Origin: Macrostomum lignano
Taxonomy: Eukaryota
Reading direction: 5' to 3'
NCBI GenBank assembly: GCA_002269645.1
Contig: NIVC01004007.1
Location: forward strand, 1-64,000
Length of the DNA stretch: 64,000 nucleotides
Part shown: piece after piece, positions 22,701 to 34,700 of the stretch
Numbering within the stretch: the first letter of the stretch is position 1
Layout of the letters: the number at the start of each line of letters is the position of its first letter
Notes under the pieces: model-generated
Databases searched by the model: none
The model's input: the letters and a program-made list of their open reading frames with translations, nothing else
Told to the model about the DNA's origin: nothing
Made by a program: the position numbers and the translations under genes

Positions 22701-25700
22701 CGAGGCCAGGCCGCCGTAGTCTTCGTCGTCTAGGCCGGCCGGAGAAAACGGGTGCAGCATGAGGTCGCAGATGTCCAGCTCAACTAGCTCTTTGCTGGTG
22801 GCCAGGGTTAGGCAGTTCTGATTGGCCCGGCTAAGGCAGAAACTGCTAATCGCTTCGCCTTTGGTGTCGTGCACGAGAGCTACTGGGAGGTCGGCAGCGG
22901 CGGCCGGAGCGGCTTCGGTTAATTCGGCGCTAGACAAGGTCGGAGGCGGCGGTCGGGGAGGCGCCGACTTTTGCTGCTGCTGCTGCGACGACGTGGTCGA
23001 CATCGGCGGCGGCGGGAAGGCGAATTTGGCGAACACGTCGCGGGCGGCCTCCTTGCGCACAAGCTGCGCCCATAGCCGATTGCAGAGTCGTTCAGACAGC
23101 GACTGGCCAGGGAACGGCGTTCGCTCGGCGTCTAGCAGCAGCTTGTAGCGCTCCATCAGCAGGCGGGCAGGCTGGAATGTTGAATCCTCGCCTACGAACG
23201 AGGAATTGCCGCCGCCTAGGAATCCTGATGAAATTTAGGAAGTTAGCGCCTCTTTTACCACTACAGAATGCTTTGCGCATCTAGGCAAATTTAACCATTG
23301 TTAGCTTTTCTACTCGAGCTATTCTGGTAGCCAATTCTTGACGAATTTGAGGCACATGAGCATGGTTTTAGATATTCGAGATGTTTTAGAGATAATTGAG
23401 ACGGTTTTGAGATAATTGAGACGGTTTTGAGATAATTGAGACGGTTTTAAAATAATTGAGGGTTTAAGATACTTAAGTCGGTTTGGAGACACTTCAGATG
23501 GTTTTGAAACACTTCAGATGGTTTTGAGACACTTCAGATGGTTTTGAGACACCTCAGCTGGTTTTGAGACACCTCAGATGGTTTTGAGACACCAGATGGT
23601 TTTGAGACACCTCAGCTGGTTTTGAGACACCTCAGATGGTTTTGAGACACCAGATGGTTTTGAGATACTTAATTCGGTTTTGAGATACTTCAGATGGCTT
23701 TGAGATACGTGAAATGGTTTTGAGATACTTCAGATGGTTTTGAGATACTTCAGATGGCTTTGAGATACGTGAGATGGTTTTGAGATACTTCAGATGGTTT
23801 TGAGATAGTTCAGATGGCTTTGAGATATGTGAGATGGTTTTGAGACACTTCAGTCGGTTTTGAGATACTTCAGATGGCTTTGAGATACGTGAAATGGTTT
23901 TGAGATACTTCAGATGGTTTTGAGATACTTCAGATGGTTTTGAGATACTTCAGATGGCTTTGAGATATGTGAGATGGTTTTGAGACACTTCAGTCGGTTT
24001 TGAGATACTTCAGATGGCTTTGAGATACGTGAAATGGTTTTGAGATACTTCAGATGGTTTTGAGATACTTCAGATGGTTTTGAGATACTTCAGATGGCTT
24101 TGAGATATGTGAGATGGTTTTGAGACACTTCAGTCGGTTTTGAGATACTTCAGATGGCTTTGAGATACGTGAAATGGTTTTGAGATACTTCAGATGGCTT
24201 TGAGATATGTGAGATGGTTTTGAGACACTTCAGTCGGTTTTGAGATACTTCAGATGGCTTTGAGATACGTGAAATGGTTTTGAGATACTTCAGATGGCTT
24301 TGAGATACGTGAAATGGTTTTGAGATACTTCAGATGGCTTTGAGATACGTGAAATGGTTTTGAGATACTTCAGATGGCTTTGAGATACGTGAAATGGTTT
24401 TGAGATACTTCAGATGGCTTTGAGATACGTGAAATGGTTTTGAGATACTTCAGATGGCTTTGAGATACGTGAAATGGTTTTGAGATACTTCAGATGGCTT
24501 TGAGATACGTGAAATGGTTTTGAGATACTTCAGATGGCTTTGAGATACGTGAGATGGTTTTGAGACACAAGATTTTTACCACAACTGTAGGTAGTGATAA
24601 GAGCTGTCACTGCTGGGGAATGCAGTCAAAGTGCGGTCACAGTCTTCTTTAGAAGCTTAATAAGACTAATACGAGTGAATTAAGAGACAAACCGTCGGGC
24701 GGCTGGCCAATCCGTCGCAGACGATCGCGGAACGCCCGCTGCCATTGGTGAACCCGCTTGACGGCGTTGTACAGAGCCGGCGATTCCACAGGCAGGTCGG
24801 ACAGTTCCAGGCCGACCTGGGGCAGGAAGCGGCCAACTTGGTCCAGTGCCACCCGGACACAGGCGCAGCGCATCAGCAGCCAGGCGTATTCGCGACGTTC
24901 CTGAGCGGCTTGGCGCCGACGCGAAACAGCCGGCGTCTGGCGCATCTGCCGGCTCGATCGATAGGATCTGTCAGCGTCCAGGTCGGCCATTGAGCCGCCG
25001 AAGCCGGGAATCTCGTCTGGCGCGGCCTCGGCATGCTCGTCGTCTTGAGTGTCGTCGTCAGCATCGTCATTTTCGGAGACGTTGGCGGAGTCGAAATCGG
25101 CCGCTTGGCCGGCTGGCTGGCGCGGATCTGGCGGCAGTTTGGCCAGCAGGCAGCCCAGGATGGAGGCGCGCGGCTGCACAAACCGCTCGGTGAAGCCGCG
25201 ACTGCCGCCGCCGCCGGCGCTACTCGACGTTGCAGGCGACGGCTGCTGATGCTGCTGCGGTTGAGGCGGCGGCGGCAGCGGCGGGGCCCCGCCACCTTGC
25301 ACAGTGCTCAAGTAGAGTTTTACTCGCTGCTTTGACATCTCGTCAGTGACGCGGGGGATTCCCCCGCCGACAACTGCTGCTGCTGCTGCTGTGCCTGGCG
25401 CCGAGGACTAGCGCCGCCGCCGGCGATGACAACGCCGCTGGACAAAGCGTGGCCGCCAGAGCCGGCTGGCGACCCGCTGATTCGCATCGGCGCCGGCCGC
25501 TGCGGGGTCTTCAATCCGCCGCCGAACACAGCGCCCCATACGCTGGTGGTAAGCGACCTGGCAACCAGCCGGTGAAGAATCTTGGCATTAGCCGTGGTCA
25601 GGCCGTAGGTTAAGGTGGCCAGGTAGACGCTGAGGAAGGCCTCGGTTAAGATGATGTTCAGCCGTGGGACGTCGTCATCTTTGTGCCGTTCTAGCAGGCT

Positions 25701-28700
25701 GCGGAGATGCGCGATGCCCGGCCACTTGCTGGGCTGGGTGTTGGGCGCTTCCAGGTCTTCTTGAGGCTGCTGACTGGCGCCTGCTAGTGTGAGTGCGCGG
25801 TATTCATTTGAAAGGGACTCTATAATGGATTTTATCGACAGTGAAAGCGCCGCTCTGATACATCGCTTCCATTTTAGGGCTACAGTAGGGTCCGTGAAAA
25901 AGGGTCCAAATTTCCGCGGAAAGGCCGCGGAATTCTGTGCAAAATGTGTGAAATTTGCGCTTATTATATTGAATCTTGCTCTTTGCCCAGGAATTCATAC
26001 TCCTTCCGTGACTAAATCTCTTTTTTCTTCTAGTAGAACCAATATGAAAGAGATTTAAAGCCTAATTTAAATCTTTGAATAATTTCTTTATGATGTCAGG
26101 CCATCACGTCACCGAAAATCAAAAGGTTCCATCGAATATTAAAGCGCTTTTCTGATAAGAAACAAGGAGATAGAGAGAGATGGAGAGAGGAGAGAGGCGG
26201 CAGGGAGGAGGAGAGAGGAGAGAGGCGGCAGGGAGGAGAGAGGAGAGAGGCGGCAGGGAGGAGAGAGGAGAGAGGCGGCAGGGACGAGAGAGGAGAGAGG
26301 CGGCAGGAAGGAGAGAGGCGGCAGGGAGGAGGAGACAGGAGAGAGGCGGCAGGGAGGAGAGAGGAGAGAGGCGGCAGGGAGGAGAGAGGAGAGAGGCGGC
26401 AGGGAGGAGAGAGGAGAGAGGCGGCAGGGAGGAGAGAGGAGAGAGGCGGCAGGGAGGAGAGAGGAGAGAGGCGGCAGGGAGGAGAGAGGAGAGAGGCGGC
26501 AGGGAGGAGAGAGGAGAGAGGCGGCAGGGAGGAGAGAGGAGAGAGGCGGCAGGGAGGAGAGAGGAGAGAGGCGGCAGGGAGGAGAGAGGAGAGAGGCGGC
26601 AGGGAGGAGAGAGGAGAGAGGCGGCAGGGAGGAGAGAGGAGAGGCGGCAGGGAGGAGGAGAGAGGAGAGAGGCGGCAGGGAGGAGAGAGGAGAGAGGCGG
26701 CAGGGAGGAGAGAGGCGGCAGGGAGGAGAGAGGAGAGAGGCGGCAGGGAGGAGAGAGGAGAGAGGCGGCAGGGAGGAGAGAGGAGAGAGGCGGCAGGGAG
26801 GAGAGAGGAGAGAGGCGGCAGGGAGGAGGAGGCGGCAGGGAGAAGAGAGGAGAGGCGGCAGGGAGGAGAGAGGCGGCAGGGAGGAGAGAGGCGGCAGGGA
26901 GGAGAGAGGCGGCAGGGAGGAGAGAGGCGGCAGGGAGGAGAGAGGCGGCAGGGAGGAGAGAGGCGGCAGGGAGGAGAGAGGAGAGAGGCGGCAGGGAGGA
27001 GAGAGGAGAGAGGCGGCAGGGAGGAGAGAGGCGGCAGGGAGGAGAGAGGCGGCAGGGAGGAGAGAGGAGAGAGGCGGCAGGGAGGAGAGAGGCGGCAGGG
27101 AGGAGAGAGGCGGCAGGGAGGAGAGAGGCGGCAGGGAGGAGAGAGGCGGCAGGGAGGAGAGAGGAGAGAGGCGGCAGGGAGGAGAGAGGCGGCAGGGAGG
27201 AGAGAGGCGGCAGGGAGGAGAGAGGCGGCAGGGAGGAGAGAGGAGAGAGGCGGCAGGGAGGAGAGAGGCGGCAGGGAGGAGAGAGGCGGCAGGGAGGAGA
27301 GAGGCGGCAGGGAGGAGAGAGGCGGCAGGGAGGAGAGAGGAGAGAGGCGGCAGGGAGGAGAGAGGCGGCAGGGAGGAGAGAGGCGGCAGGGAGGAGAGAG
27401 GCGGCAGGGAGGAGAGAGGCGGCAGGGAGGAGAGAGGCGGCAGGGAGGAGAGAGGAGAGAGGCGGCAGGGAGGAGAGAGGAGAGGCGGCAGGGAGGAGGA
27501 GAGAGGAGAGAGGCGGCAGGGAGGAGAGAGGAGAGAGGCGGCAGGGAGGAGAGAGGCGGCAGGGAGGAGAGAGGAGAGAGGCGGCAGGGAGGAGAGAGGA
27601 GAGAGGCGGCAGGGAGGAGAGAGGAGAGAGGCGGCAGGGAGGAGAGAGGAGAGAGGCGGCAGGGAGGAGGAGGCGGCAGGGAGAAGAGAGGAGAGGCGGC
27701 AGGGAGGAGAGAGGCGGCAGGGAGGAGAGAGGCGGCAGGGAGGAGAGAGGCGGCAGGGAGGAGAGAGGCGGCAGGGAGGAGAGAGGCGGCAGGGAGGAGA
27801 GAGGCGGCAGGGAGGAGAGAGGAGAGAGGCGGCAGGGAGGAGAGAGGAGAGAGGCGGCAGGGAGGAGAGAGGCGGCAGGGAGGAGAGAGGCGGCAGGGAG
27901 GAGAGAGGAGAGAGGCGGCAGGGAGGAGAGAGGCGGCAGGGAGGAGAGAGGCGGCAGGGAGGAGAGAGGCGGCAGGGAGGAGAGAGGCGGCAGGGAGGAG
28001 AGAGGCGGCAGGGAGGAGAGAGGAGAGAGGCGGCAGGGAGGAGAGAGGCGGCAGGGAGGAGAGAGGCGGCAGGGAGGAGAGAGGCGGCAGGGAGGAGAGA
28101 GGAGAGAGGCGGCAGGGAGGAGAGAGGCGGCAGGGAGGAGAGAGGCGGCAGGGAGGAGAGAGGCGGCAGGGAGGAGAGAGGCGGCAGGGAGGAGAGAGGA
28201 GAGAGGCGGCAGGGAGGAGAGAGGCGGCAGGGAGGAGAGAGGCGGCAGGGAGGAGAGAGGCGGCAGGGAGGAGAGAGGCGGCAGGGAGGAGAGAGGCGGC
28301 AGGGAGGAGAGAGGAGAGAGGCGGCAGGGAGGAGAGAGGAGAGAGGCGGCAGGGAGGAGAGAGGCGGCAGGGAGGAGAGAGGAGAGAGGCGGCAGGGAGG
28401 AGAGAGGCGGCAGGGAGGAGGAGACAGGAGAGAGGCGGCAGGGAGGAGAGAGGAGAGAGGCGGCAGGGAGGAGAGAGGAGAGAGGCGGCAGGGAGGAGAG
28501 AGGAGAGAGGCGGCAGGGAGGAGAGAGGAGAGAGGCGGCAGGGAGGAGAGAGGCGGCAGGGAGGAGGAGACAGGAGAGAGGCGGCAGGGAGGAGAGAGGA
28601 GAGAGGCGGCAGGGAGGAGAGAGGAGAGAGGCGGCAGGGAGGAGAGAGGAGAGAGGCGGCAGGGAGGAGAGAGGAGAGAGGCGGCAGGGAGGAGAGAGGA

Positions 28701-31700
28701 GAGAGGCGGCAGGGAGGAGAGAGGAGAGAGGCGGCAGGGAGGAGAGAGGAGAGAGGCGGCAGGGAGGAGAGAGGAGAGAGGCGGCAGGGAGGAGAGAGGA
28801 GAGAGGCGGCAGGGAGGAGAGAGGAGAGAGGCGGCAGGGAGGAGAGAGGCGGCAGGGAGGAGAGAGGCGGCAGGGAGGAGGAGAGAGGAGAGAGGCGGCA
28901 GGGAGGAGAGAGGAGAGAGGCGGCAGGGAGGAGAGAGGAGAGAGGCGGCAGGGAGGAGAGAGGAGAGAGGCGGCAGGGAGGAGAGAGGCGGCAGGGAGGA
29001 GGAGAGAGGAGAGAGGCGGCAGGGAGGAGAGAGGAGAGAGGCGGCAGGGAGGAGAGAGGAGAGAGGCGGCAGGGAGGAGAGAGGAGAGAGGCGGCAGGGA
29101 GGAGAGAGGCGGCAGGGAGGAGAGAGGCGGCAGGGAGGAGAGAGGCGGCAGGGAGGAGAGAGGCGGCAGGGAGGAGAGAGGCGGCAGGGAGGAGAGAGGC
29201 GGCAGGGAGGAGAGAGGAGAGAGGCGGCAGGGAGGAGAGAGGAGAGAGGCGGCAGGGAGGAGAGAGGAGAGAGGCGGCAGGGAGGAGAGAGGAGAGAGGC
29301 GGCAGGGAGGAGAGAGGAGAGAGGCGGCAGGGAGGAGAGAGGAGAGAGGCGGCAGGGAGGAGAGAGGCGGCAGGGAGGAGGAGAGAGGAGAGAGGCGGCA
29401 GGGAGGAGAGAGGAGAGAGGCGGCAGGGAGGAGAGAGGCGGCAGGGAGGAGAGAGGAGAGAGGCGGCAGGGAGGAGAGAGGAGAGAGGCGGCAGGGAGGA
29501 GAGAGGAGAGAGGCGGCAGGGAGGAGAGAGGAGAGAGGCGGCAGGGAGGAGGAGGCGGCAGGGAGGAGAGAGGAGAGAGGCGGCAGGGAGGAGGAGAGAG
29601 GAGAGAGGCGGCAGGGAGGAGGAGGCGGCAGGGAGGAGAGAGAGGGAGAGGAGAGGTAAGTTGACATTCCACTTTTGTATTTAGTAATAAATTCCTAGGC
29701 ATTAAGCTACGCACCATAAGCATAGACAGCGGCGTCCCTCAGCGCGCCCAGCTGCTGCTGCTGAGCTCCCTGACTCAAAGCATCGGTCCTTTGTCCAGCC
29801 AGCCGGCTCATCAAGCAGTAATAATCGCCGTACACTAAGCTAGTAGTGAATCCGGCAGCGGCCGCGGCGTCACCAGGCGGCCCGACACTGTCTACTAGGC
29901 ACTGATAGACGCAGGCGGATACGGCAGCACTGATGCTGCGCAGCAGGAACAGTTCCTGGGCGTTGGCTGGCAGCTCAGGCGGAGACGCCCATCGGCGCAG
30001 CTGGCCGAGCACGTCGCCAATGAGATTCTGCAGCTGACGGATGGGATCGGCTACTACAGTTTTGAAGCTGCTAACAGCCGCATTGATTAGAGGCAAACTG
30101 TTCGGCAGAGGCATTTTAGCTTCTAATTGAAGCGGCGCATCGGTCAGATTGTCCTGCAGCAGTTCCTGAAGGAGCAGCACCAGCTCCATGCGCACTGAAG
30201 TCAGGCCGCCGCCGCTGGCGCCGTGCAGAGAGCAGAAGCTTAGCAGAGTTCGCAACAGCTGTTCATTGTCGCGCAGCCACAGCTTCCTACGCTGCCAAGA
30301 GTCCAAACGGCTGTGCAATGAGCCGCCTAAGTCAACTAGGCTGGCCTTGCGACCGCCGTAACCGGGTGCAGCGGCTGCCGAGGCGACAGTCGTTATCGTG
30401 GCGGCGGAATCTTCCTCTTCACCGGGAGTGCAGCCGTAGTGACACAGTCGCCTCAGCAGTGCGGTCTCCCGCTCTAGCCAGGCGTACAGCTGGGCCCGCA
30501 GCTGGCCGCCGTCGACTTCAAAGCCCGTAGCCAAGGTGCTCAGCTCTTCGGACATAATCCGCTGGCAGGCCACGAATCGCAGCTGGTGAGTCATTACGTC
30601 CAGCACAGCCGGAGAATCTTTTATTGCAACCACTTCGCCAGTCGGCGCGTCATCAACCGGTGCTTCACCGTTTTCGAGGGCACCAGCTTCCTTTTTATCA
30701 ATCGTCGCCTCATCGTCGTCAATATCCTCGTCGCTGCTGCTGCTCAGTCGAAGCGACGGCGGCCTGTCGTCGTCTGCGTCAGCCGCCGTTCCGATGTCGT
30801 TCCAGCACAGGAAGTTGTCTTCCTCTTTGGCCGGCGGCGGTGGCGGAGGCGGCGGCTGCTCCGCCTGCTGCTGTTCACCGTCGGCCGCCTTGCCAGCCGG
30901 AGTCTCCAGTCGCAGATAGTCGGGCAGGCGGGTCAGCACCTCAAGCGCCAGACTGGGGCAGCCCAAACGGAAATAGGCGTGTGCGGTGCGGAAGAACAGC
31001 CGGCGCTCTGTTAGGCTCATCCGCTCACCCGACGCTGCCGATGCGGCTGTCGGCACCGCCGCAGTTGCACCGCCGCCACCCATGCCAACTGGTAGGCCGC
31101 CGCGCAGTTTAGCCTGGCGCAGTATCAACGGATGGCATTTCAAATAATTGAAGTAGTTGAACACGCTCGGACTGGACTGGTCAAGCAGGGCGGAGTCCGG
31201 CTCGCCCAGCAGCAGAGTGCTGACTGCTTGGTCATAGTCTTTCAATAGCCAGTGCGCCATGCTGCGGTAGAACGGATTAGAATAATACCGGCCAGTCGGG
31301 CTGAGCACGTACTTATTGAGTAAGTCGGCGAGCGGCTGGTTGCTATTGGATACCAGTACGCCTTCGGCTGCGTGCAGCCTAGCCAGCACTATGGCCAGCT
31401 GCAGATCGTTCAGTTTGGTGACGCAAACTTCTACCGCATCTTTAACGCTGTTGCCAAGCAGAAAGAAGGCGGCTGCGTGCTCAAATCGTTGCTTACCTGC
31501 GAGAGGGCAATCGCATCAGTGCGTTAGGCGGATTTTGTAACAGAATGAATCCCATTATTTCACGTATTACATCTCAATCATATTACATCTGAATTATATC
31601 ACACCTGAATTATATCACACTTGAATAATATCACACATGAGATATATCACACCTGAATTATATCACACTTGAATTATATCACACATGAGATATATCAAAC

Positions 31701-34700
31701 CTGAATTATATCACACCTGAATTATATCACACTTGAATTATATCACACCTGAATTATATCACACTTGAATTATATCACACATGAGATATATCAAACCTGA
31801 ATTATATCACACCTGAATTATATCACACTTGAATTATATCACACCTGAATTATATCACACTTGAATTATATCACACATGAGATATATCAAACCTGAATTA
31901 TATCACACCTGAATTATATCACACTTGAATTATATCACACCTGAATTATATCACACTTGAATTATATCACACCTGAATTATATCACACCTGAATTATATC
32001 ACACCTGAATTATATCACACCTGAATTATATCACACCTGAATTATATCACACCTGAATTACATCACACTTGAATAATATCACACATGAGATATATCACAC
32101 CTGAATTATATCACACCTGAATTATATCACACCTGAATTATATCACACCTGAATTATCACACCTGAATTATATCACACCTGAATTATCACACCTGAATTA
32201 TATCACATCTGAATTATATCACACTTGAATTATATCACACCTGAATAATATCACACTTGAATTCTATTCGAAGGGCATATGATAGCACCCGAATACAAAC
32301 GGATACTATTATAAACTAAATCCATCTGCATTTTGAAATCCATCAGCATCCCAATCAAGCCAGCAGCCTCAGCTCACCCAGCAGGTCAAAGGCATTCTTC
32401 AGAGCCGCTGTGCGCCAACGCTCCTGACTGAAGTCTTGCCGAAAGAAGTCCTGCAGCTTCTGATTGCTGACAGTTTTGTACAGGGCGGCCATCACTTTGA
32501 CTCGTCGCATTGCCAGATAGAATACGGCAGCGTCTAGCGGCTCCTGCTTAGACTGAAAAGCCGCCTTAGCGGCCCGTTCAGCGCATCGGCGCAGCAGAGA
32601 ATCGTTGCGCACCCACCAGCCGCAGCCGTACTGCTTCATCACTGGCCAAGCTAGGTCGCCAGACTCCGTGACAGGCAACCGGCTGAGCAGCTCCTCCTGA
32701 GCCTCGCTGTGAAATGCCCAGACTAAATTGCCAGCGGCGATGCCATTCTGTGCTAGCTCGGCCCGCTGGCTAGGCGGCAAAGTGCGCAACAGGTAGGTGT
32801 GATGCTGCAGTACAACAAAGAATCTGAGACCGCACGCGTCTAGGGAGTCGGTGAGGCCGCGCACCTAAGCGAGGTTAGTAGGTTGGATGATAATAAAGGT
32901 TATTAAGAGGGCGGACACAAATTTGGGGCTTGTAAACGAAAAAATTGCTGTACAATTTAGGCCTGACGATGGGGGGGGGGGGTCCGCAGCCCAGTGGCCA
33001 AGCGCGGCGCTCTCATGTGCCAGCGGCCCAGGCTCGATTCCAAGTGCAGTTACATTAATTTGGGGCCAAATTGGAATCTCAGCTTGGCTCTGCTCGTGCA
33101 ATTAACGGCCTGAGGGCCAACCCCCCAAGGCACAGTGTGTATGCCTAACGATAAATAAAGTTAGGGCCGCTGTACACTCCCGTGAGTGTGTGCCTGCTCA
33201 GGGGAGTCGGCAGAATGGCAGTAATGCCTCTCGCCGGTTGTGACAATCTCGCTTAAATTGCGCCAGGGTGCACACTGCCCCTGCCTTTAACTAGGCCTGA
33301 CGATAAGAACTCTGGGTCGCTGTACACCCTGTGCGAGATTGTGCCTGCGTGCGTGCTCAGGGGTTATCGGAATGGGCCTGAGTTCTTGCTTCCTCGCTGC
33401 CTTAATTTGCACTCAGGGGTTTTCGGAATGGGCCTGAGTTCTTGCTTCCTCGCTGCCTTAATTTGCACTCAGGGGTTTTCGGAATGGGCCTGAGTTCTTG
33501 CTTCCTCGCTGCCTTGATTTGCACTCAGGGGTTATCGGAATGGGCCTGAGTTCTTGCTTCCTCGCTGCCTTAATTTGCACTCAGGGGTTTTCGGAATGGG
33601 CCTGAGTTCTTGCTTCCTCGCTGCCTTAATTTGCACTCAGGGGTTTTCGGAATGGGCCTGAGTTCTTGCTTCCTCGCTGCCTTAATTTGCACTCAGGGGT
33701 TTTCGGAATGGGCCTGAGTTCTTGCTTCCTCGCTGCCTTAATTTGCACTCAGGGGTTTTCGGAATGGGCCTGAGTTCTTGCTTCCTCGCTGCCTTAATTT
33801 GCACTCAGGGGTTTTCGGAATGGGCCTGAGTTCTTGCTTCCTCGCTGCCTTAATTTGCACTCAGGGGTTTTCGGAATGGGCCTGAGTTCTTGCTTCCTCG
33901 CTGCCTTAATTTGCACTCAGGGGTTATCGGAATGGGCCTGAGTTCTTGCTTCCTCGCTGCCTTGATTTGCACTCAGGGGTTATCGGAATGGGCCTGAGTT
34001 CTTGCTTCCTCGCTGCCTTGATTTGCACTCAGGGGTTATCGGAATGGGCCTGAGTTCTTGCTTCCTCGCTGCCTTAATTTGCACTCAGGGGTTTTCGGAA
34101 TGGGCCTGAGTTCTTGCTTCCTCGCTGCCTTAATTTGCACTCAGGGGTTTTCGGAATGGGCCTGAGTTCTTGCTTCCTCGCTGCCTTAATTTGCACTCAG
34201 GGGTTATCGGAATGGGCCTGAGTTCTTGCTTCCTCGCTGCCTTGATTTGCACTCAGGGGTTATCGGAATGGGCCTGAGTTCTTGCTTCCTCGCTGCCTTG
34301 ATTTGCACTCAGGGGTTATCGGAATGGGCCTGAGTTCTTGCTTCCTCGCTGCCTTGATTTGCACTCAGGGGTTTTCGGAATGGGCCTGAGTTCTTGCTTC
34401 CTCGCTGCCTTGATTTGCACTCAGGGGTTATCGGAATGGGCCTGAGTTCTTGCTTCCTCGCTGCCTTGATTTGCACTCAGGGGTTATCGGAATGGGCCTG
34501 AGTTCTTGCTTCCTCGCTGCCTTGATTTGCACTCAGGGGTTATCGGAATGGGCCTGAGTTCTTGCTTCCTCGCTGCCTTGATTTGCACTCAGGGGTTATC
34601 GGAATGGGCCTGAGTTCTTGCTTCCTCGCTGCCTTGATTTGCACTCAGGGGTTATCGGAATGGGCCTGAGTTCTTGCTTCCTCGCTGCCTTGATTTGCAC

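Noticed and set aside
25320-25370. Programmed -1 ribosomal frameshift in DMXL
   Set aside because: No X-XXY-YYZ slippery heptamer in the right frame, and a second similar lesion at 20756 favours error or mutation.
26119-29723. Three ORFs of 1159-1194 aa, one with ATG at 26180 and a plus-strand AG|GTAAGT at ~29656
   Set aside because: They are translations of a T-free (or A-free) repeat that cannot contain stops. The 25-bp units shift frame freely, so there is no coding constraint, and the region is DMXL intron 9.
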